Assembly (NCBI GenBank): GCA_963843795.1
Contig: CAWJLW010000006.1
Location: 372,001-436,000 of the forward strand
Direction: 5' to 3'
Origin: an uncultured bacterium
GTDB taxonomy: Bacteria; Armatimonadota; Abditibacteriia; Abditibacteriales; Abditibacteriaceae
DNA length: 64,000 nt
Shown: piece after piece, positions 62,433 through 64,000 of the stretch
How positions within the stretch are numbered: position 1 is the first letter of the stretch
Layout: the number at the start of each line of letters is the position of its first letter
Notes under the pieces: generated by a model
What the model was told of the DNA's origin: nothing
Seen by the model: the letters and a program-made list of their open reading frames with translations, nothing else
Database searches by the model: none
Made by a program: the position numbers and the translations under genes

Positions 62433-63458
62433 ATGGGTTTGAAAAAGGCGACACTTTGGGCACTTAGCGGCGCGGCGGCGACGGTTGGAACGATGGTGGT
62501 TTTGCAGAAAAAACGTCATTTCGATCTCACCAATCGCGTGGTTCTCATCACCGGCGGCAGTCGGGGTTTCGGTTTACTGTTGGCGCAGGAGTTCGCCAGT
62601 CGTGGCGCGCGCGTGGCGATTTGTGCGCGCGATGGCGAAGAGCTGGAACGCGGGCGCAGGTACTTGCAGCAATTTGGTTTGGATGCGCGCGCGTTCGTAT
62701 GCGATGTGACGCAAAAGGCGCAAATTGAGCATTTGGTGGAAGAAGTCGAGCGCGAGTTGGGTTCGGTCGAAGTGCTGGTCAATAATGCAGGCGTAATTTC
62801 GATGGGGCCGGTCGATGCAATGACCGATGAAGATATGAAAGCGTCGATTGACACCCACATCTGGGCGGCCTGGCACGCTTGCAACGCCGTTTTGCCCGCG
62901 ATGCGCGCGCGGGCTAGTGGGCGCATTTTGAATATTTCGTCTATTGGCGGGCGTGTCAGCGTTCCGCATCTCACGCCTTATGCAGTGGGCAAATTCGGCT
63001 TAGCGGGTTTGTCGCAGGGCTTGCGCATTGAATTGGCGCAATACGGTGTTTTAGTGACGACGGCGTTTCCGTTTCCCATGCGCGTCGGTTCGTTTATTAA
63101 CGCGACAATGAAAGGTCAACATCGCAAAGAGTTCGCGCTGGGCCAAATTGTTGATTCTAATCCGCTGCTTTCGCAAAACCCTGAACGCGCGGCGCGCAAT
63201 GTCGTGGAAGCTGTGATTCGCGGCGATTCCTATATCGTGCCCTCGAATCGCGGGCAACTGGCGATTACATTAGCTGCGGTTTTTCCTGGACTGGCACTGG
63301 AAGCGACTTCGCTGCTGGGCCGTTTTATGCCGTCCAAAGATGGACCGGAAAGCATTGGCAGCGCGGGCGTGAAAGGCAAAGACAGCGAATCGGTGTTCGC
63401 ACCTTCGGTTTTAACGGTGCTCAACGACAAAGCCGCGCGCGAGTTGAACGAGCTTTAA
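62433..63458 (+). CDS. SDR family oxidoreductase
   Basis: TGGSRGFG, VNNAG, NISS, YAVGK. Confidence 0.92.
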   Translation: MGLKKATLWALSGAAATVGTMVVLQKKRHFDLTNRVVLITGGSRGFGLLLAQEFASRGARVAICARDGEELERGRRYLQQFGLDARAFVCDVTQKAQIEHLVEEVERELGSVEVLVNNAGVISMGPVDAMTDEDMKASIDTHIWAAWHACNAVLPAMRARASGRILNISSIGGRVSVPHLTPYAVGKFGLAGLSQGLRIELAQYGVLVTTAFPFPMRVGSFINATMKGQHRKEFALGQIVDSNPLLSQNPERAARNVVEAVIRGDSYIVPSNRGQLAITLAAVFPGLALEATSLLGRFMPSKDGPESIGSAGVKGKDSESVFAPSVLTVLNDKAARELNEL

Positions 63459-63480
63459 ATGCAGATCATGAAAGTCGCAA

Positions 63481-63536
63481 AGTGAAGAGAGAATGGCGCG
63501 CTGCAAGTACTTGCAGCGCGCCATTCTCTCTTCACT
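63481..63536. terminator. 56-bp perfect palindrome centred on the core motif, between convergent genes
   Basis: agtgaagagagaatggcgcgct-gcaagtacttgc-agcgcgccattctctcttcact. Confidence 0.7.
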
Positions 63537-63541
63537 CCCAT

Positions 63542-64000
63542 TTAAAATCTGGTACCCACCATCAGGGCTAACCCGCCGGGATTAACGCCCGCGACGCTGC
63601 CAACGATGTGATATTTGGCTTCCACAAAGAATTGTTTGGGGAATTGATAGCCGACCACACCGTAACCGCCGACGGTAGTTTTGTTTTCGCTTCTAGCACC
63701 GTTCGATGCGCGCACGAAATAGGGGCCAAGGCCAGCGCCGAAATACACGTTGCCGGTCGCGCTTTGCAGCGGGTTGGGCGGCGAAAAATAGCGGCCAATC
63801 GTGACTGGAATCATGCGCAGCTTGCCGCCGTTGCCGCTACTCTGCGAGTAACCGGCGCTCACCAGATATTTGCCCTGACCCAAGTTGGGAATCGCGACAT
63901 CGGCTTCGATGTTGAAAGCAGTTCCGCCCGCCAAAGCTTTGGCATCGCCGGTGCGTTGCAAAATGCCGATTTTGGCACGAACGGGAATGACGCCGGTGCT
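63542..64000 (-). CDS. Small outer-membrane beta-barrel protein (5' end outside window)
   Basis: Amphipathic strands, YFGAGLG, GYQF, FVEAKY, terminal Phe. Confidence 0.7.
   Translation of the reverse strand, partial: STGVIPVRAKIGILQRTGDAKALAGGTAFNIEADVAIPNLGQGKYLVSAGYSQSSGNGGKLRMIPVTIGRYFSPPNPLQSATGNVYFGAGLGPYFVRASNGARSENKTTVGGYGVVGYQFPKQFFVEAKYHIVGSVAGVNPGGLALMVGTRF

Larger units (their letters stand above)
1245..63514. repeat. Dispersed highly iterated palindrome GCAAGTACTTGC (43 exact copies counted by eye)
   Basis: Core starts at 1245,1257,2289,4293,6174,6710,7136,7622,12027,13778,18784,19916,20042,23003,25657,27057,28550,30574,32345,34101,37790,38054,39646,40048,41167,41187,41341,43039,47326,47930,48308,51529,53362,53374,55973,58416,58466,59291,59430,60828,62141,62368,63503. 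Confidence 0.97.

Noticed and set aside
1245..63514. Palindrome as a CRISPR repeat, IS terminal repeat or classical REP
   Set aside because: Spacing is irregular at kb scale, there is no transposase/RAYT in the window, no target duplications or conserved GTAG-type foot, the arms vary, and many copies are in frame within genes
1245..63514. Palindrome as an ordinary transcription-factor operator
   Set aside because: Too dense, too exact, and frequently located at 3' ends and mid-gene rather than at promoters

Overview
Bacterial chromosomal window with no phage, IS, CRISPR, rRNA or tRNA seen. The gene content (many prepilin/DUF1559-type genes, an SBP-permease fusion, an outer-membrane barrel, a T-box) suggests Armatimonadota/Abditibacteriota, but this is an unverified inference. 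It carries a circularly permuted ATP-grasp/alpha-E/2x transglutaminase operon, carbohydrate-active genes, pspA, a ~17 kb type IV pilus locus (pilB, pilT, pilC, pilD, four prepilins and a giant PilX-like protein), ftsK, a Leu-type T-box upstream of ilvC-leuA, leuC/leuD, a sugar ABC transporter, purA and signalling genes. The dominant unexplained signal is the 12-bp palindrome GCAAGTACTTGC (often TGCAAGTACTTGCA). I counted 43 exact copies by eye (about 1 per 1.5 kb) plus more than 10 near-copies. They sit in most intergenic spacers, at the centre of long hairpins with unrelated arms, and in frame inside genes, which resembles a HIP1-like or DNA-uptake-sequence-like element. Two simple-repeat loci could act as phase-variable switches: (CCTTG)7 in a signal-peptide region and a 19-bp VNTR upstream of pilT. 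About 20 frameshifts, including in purA, leuC and ftsK, indicate an indel-prone assembly, so split genes are not called pseudogenes. All coordinates were read by hand and may be off by a few bases.
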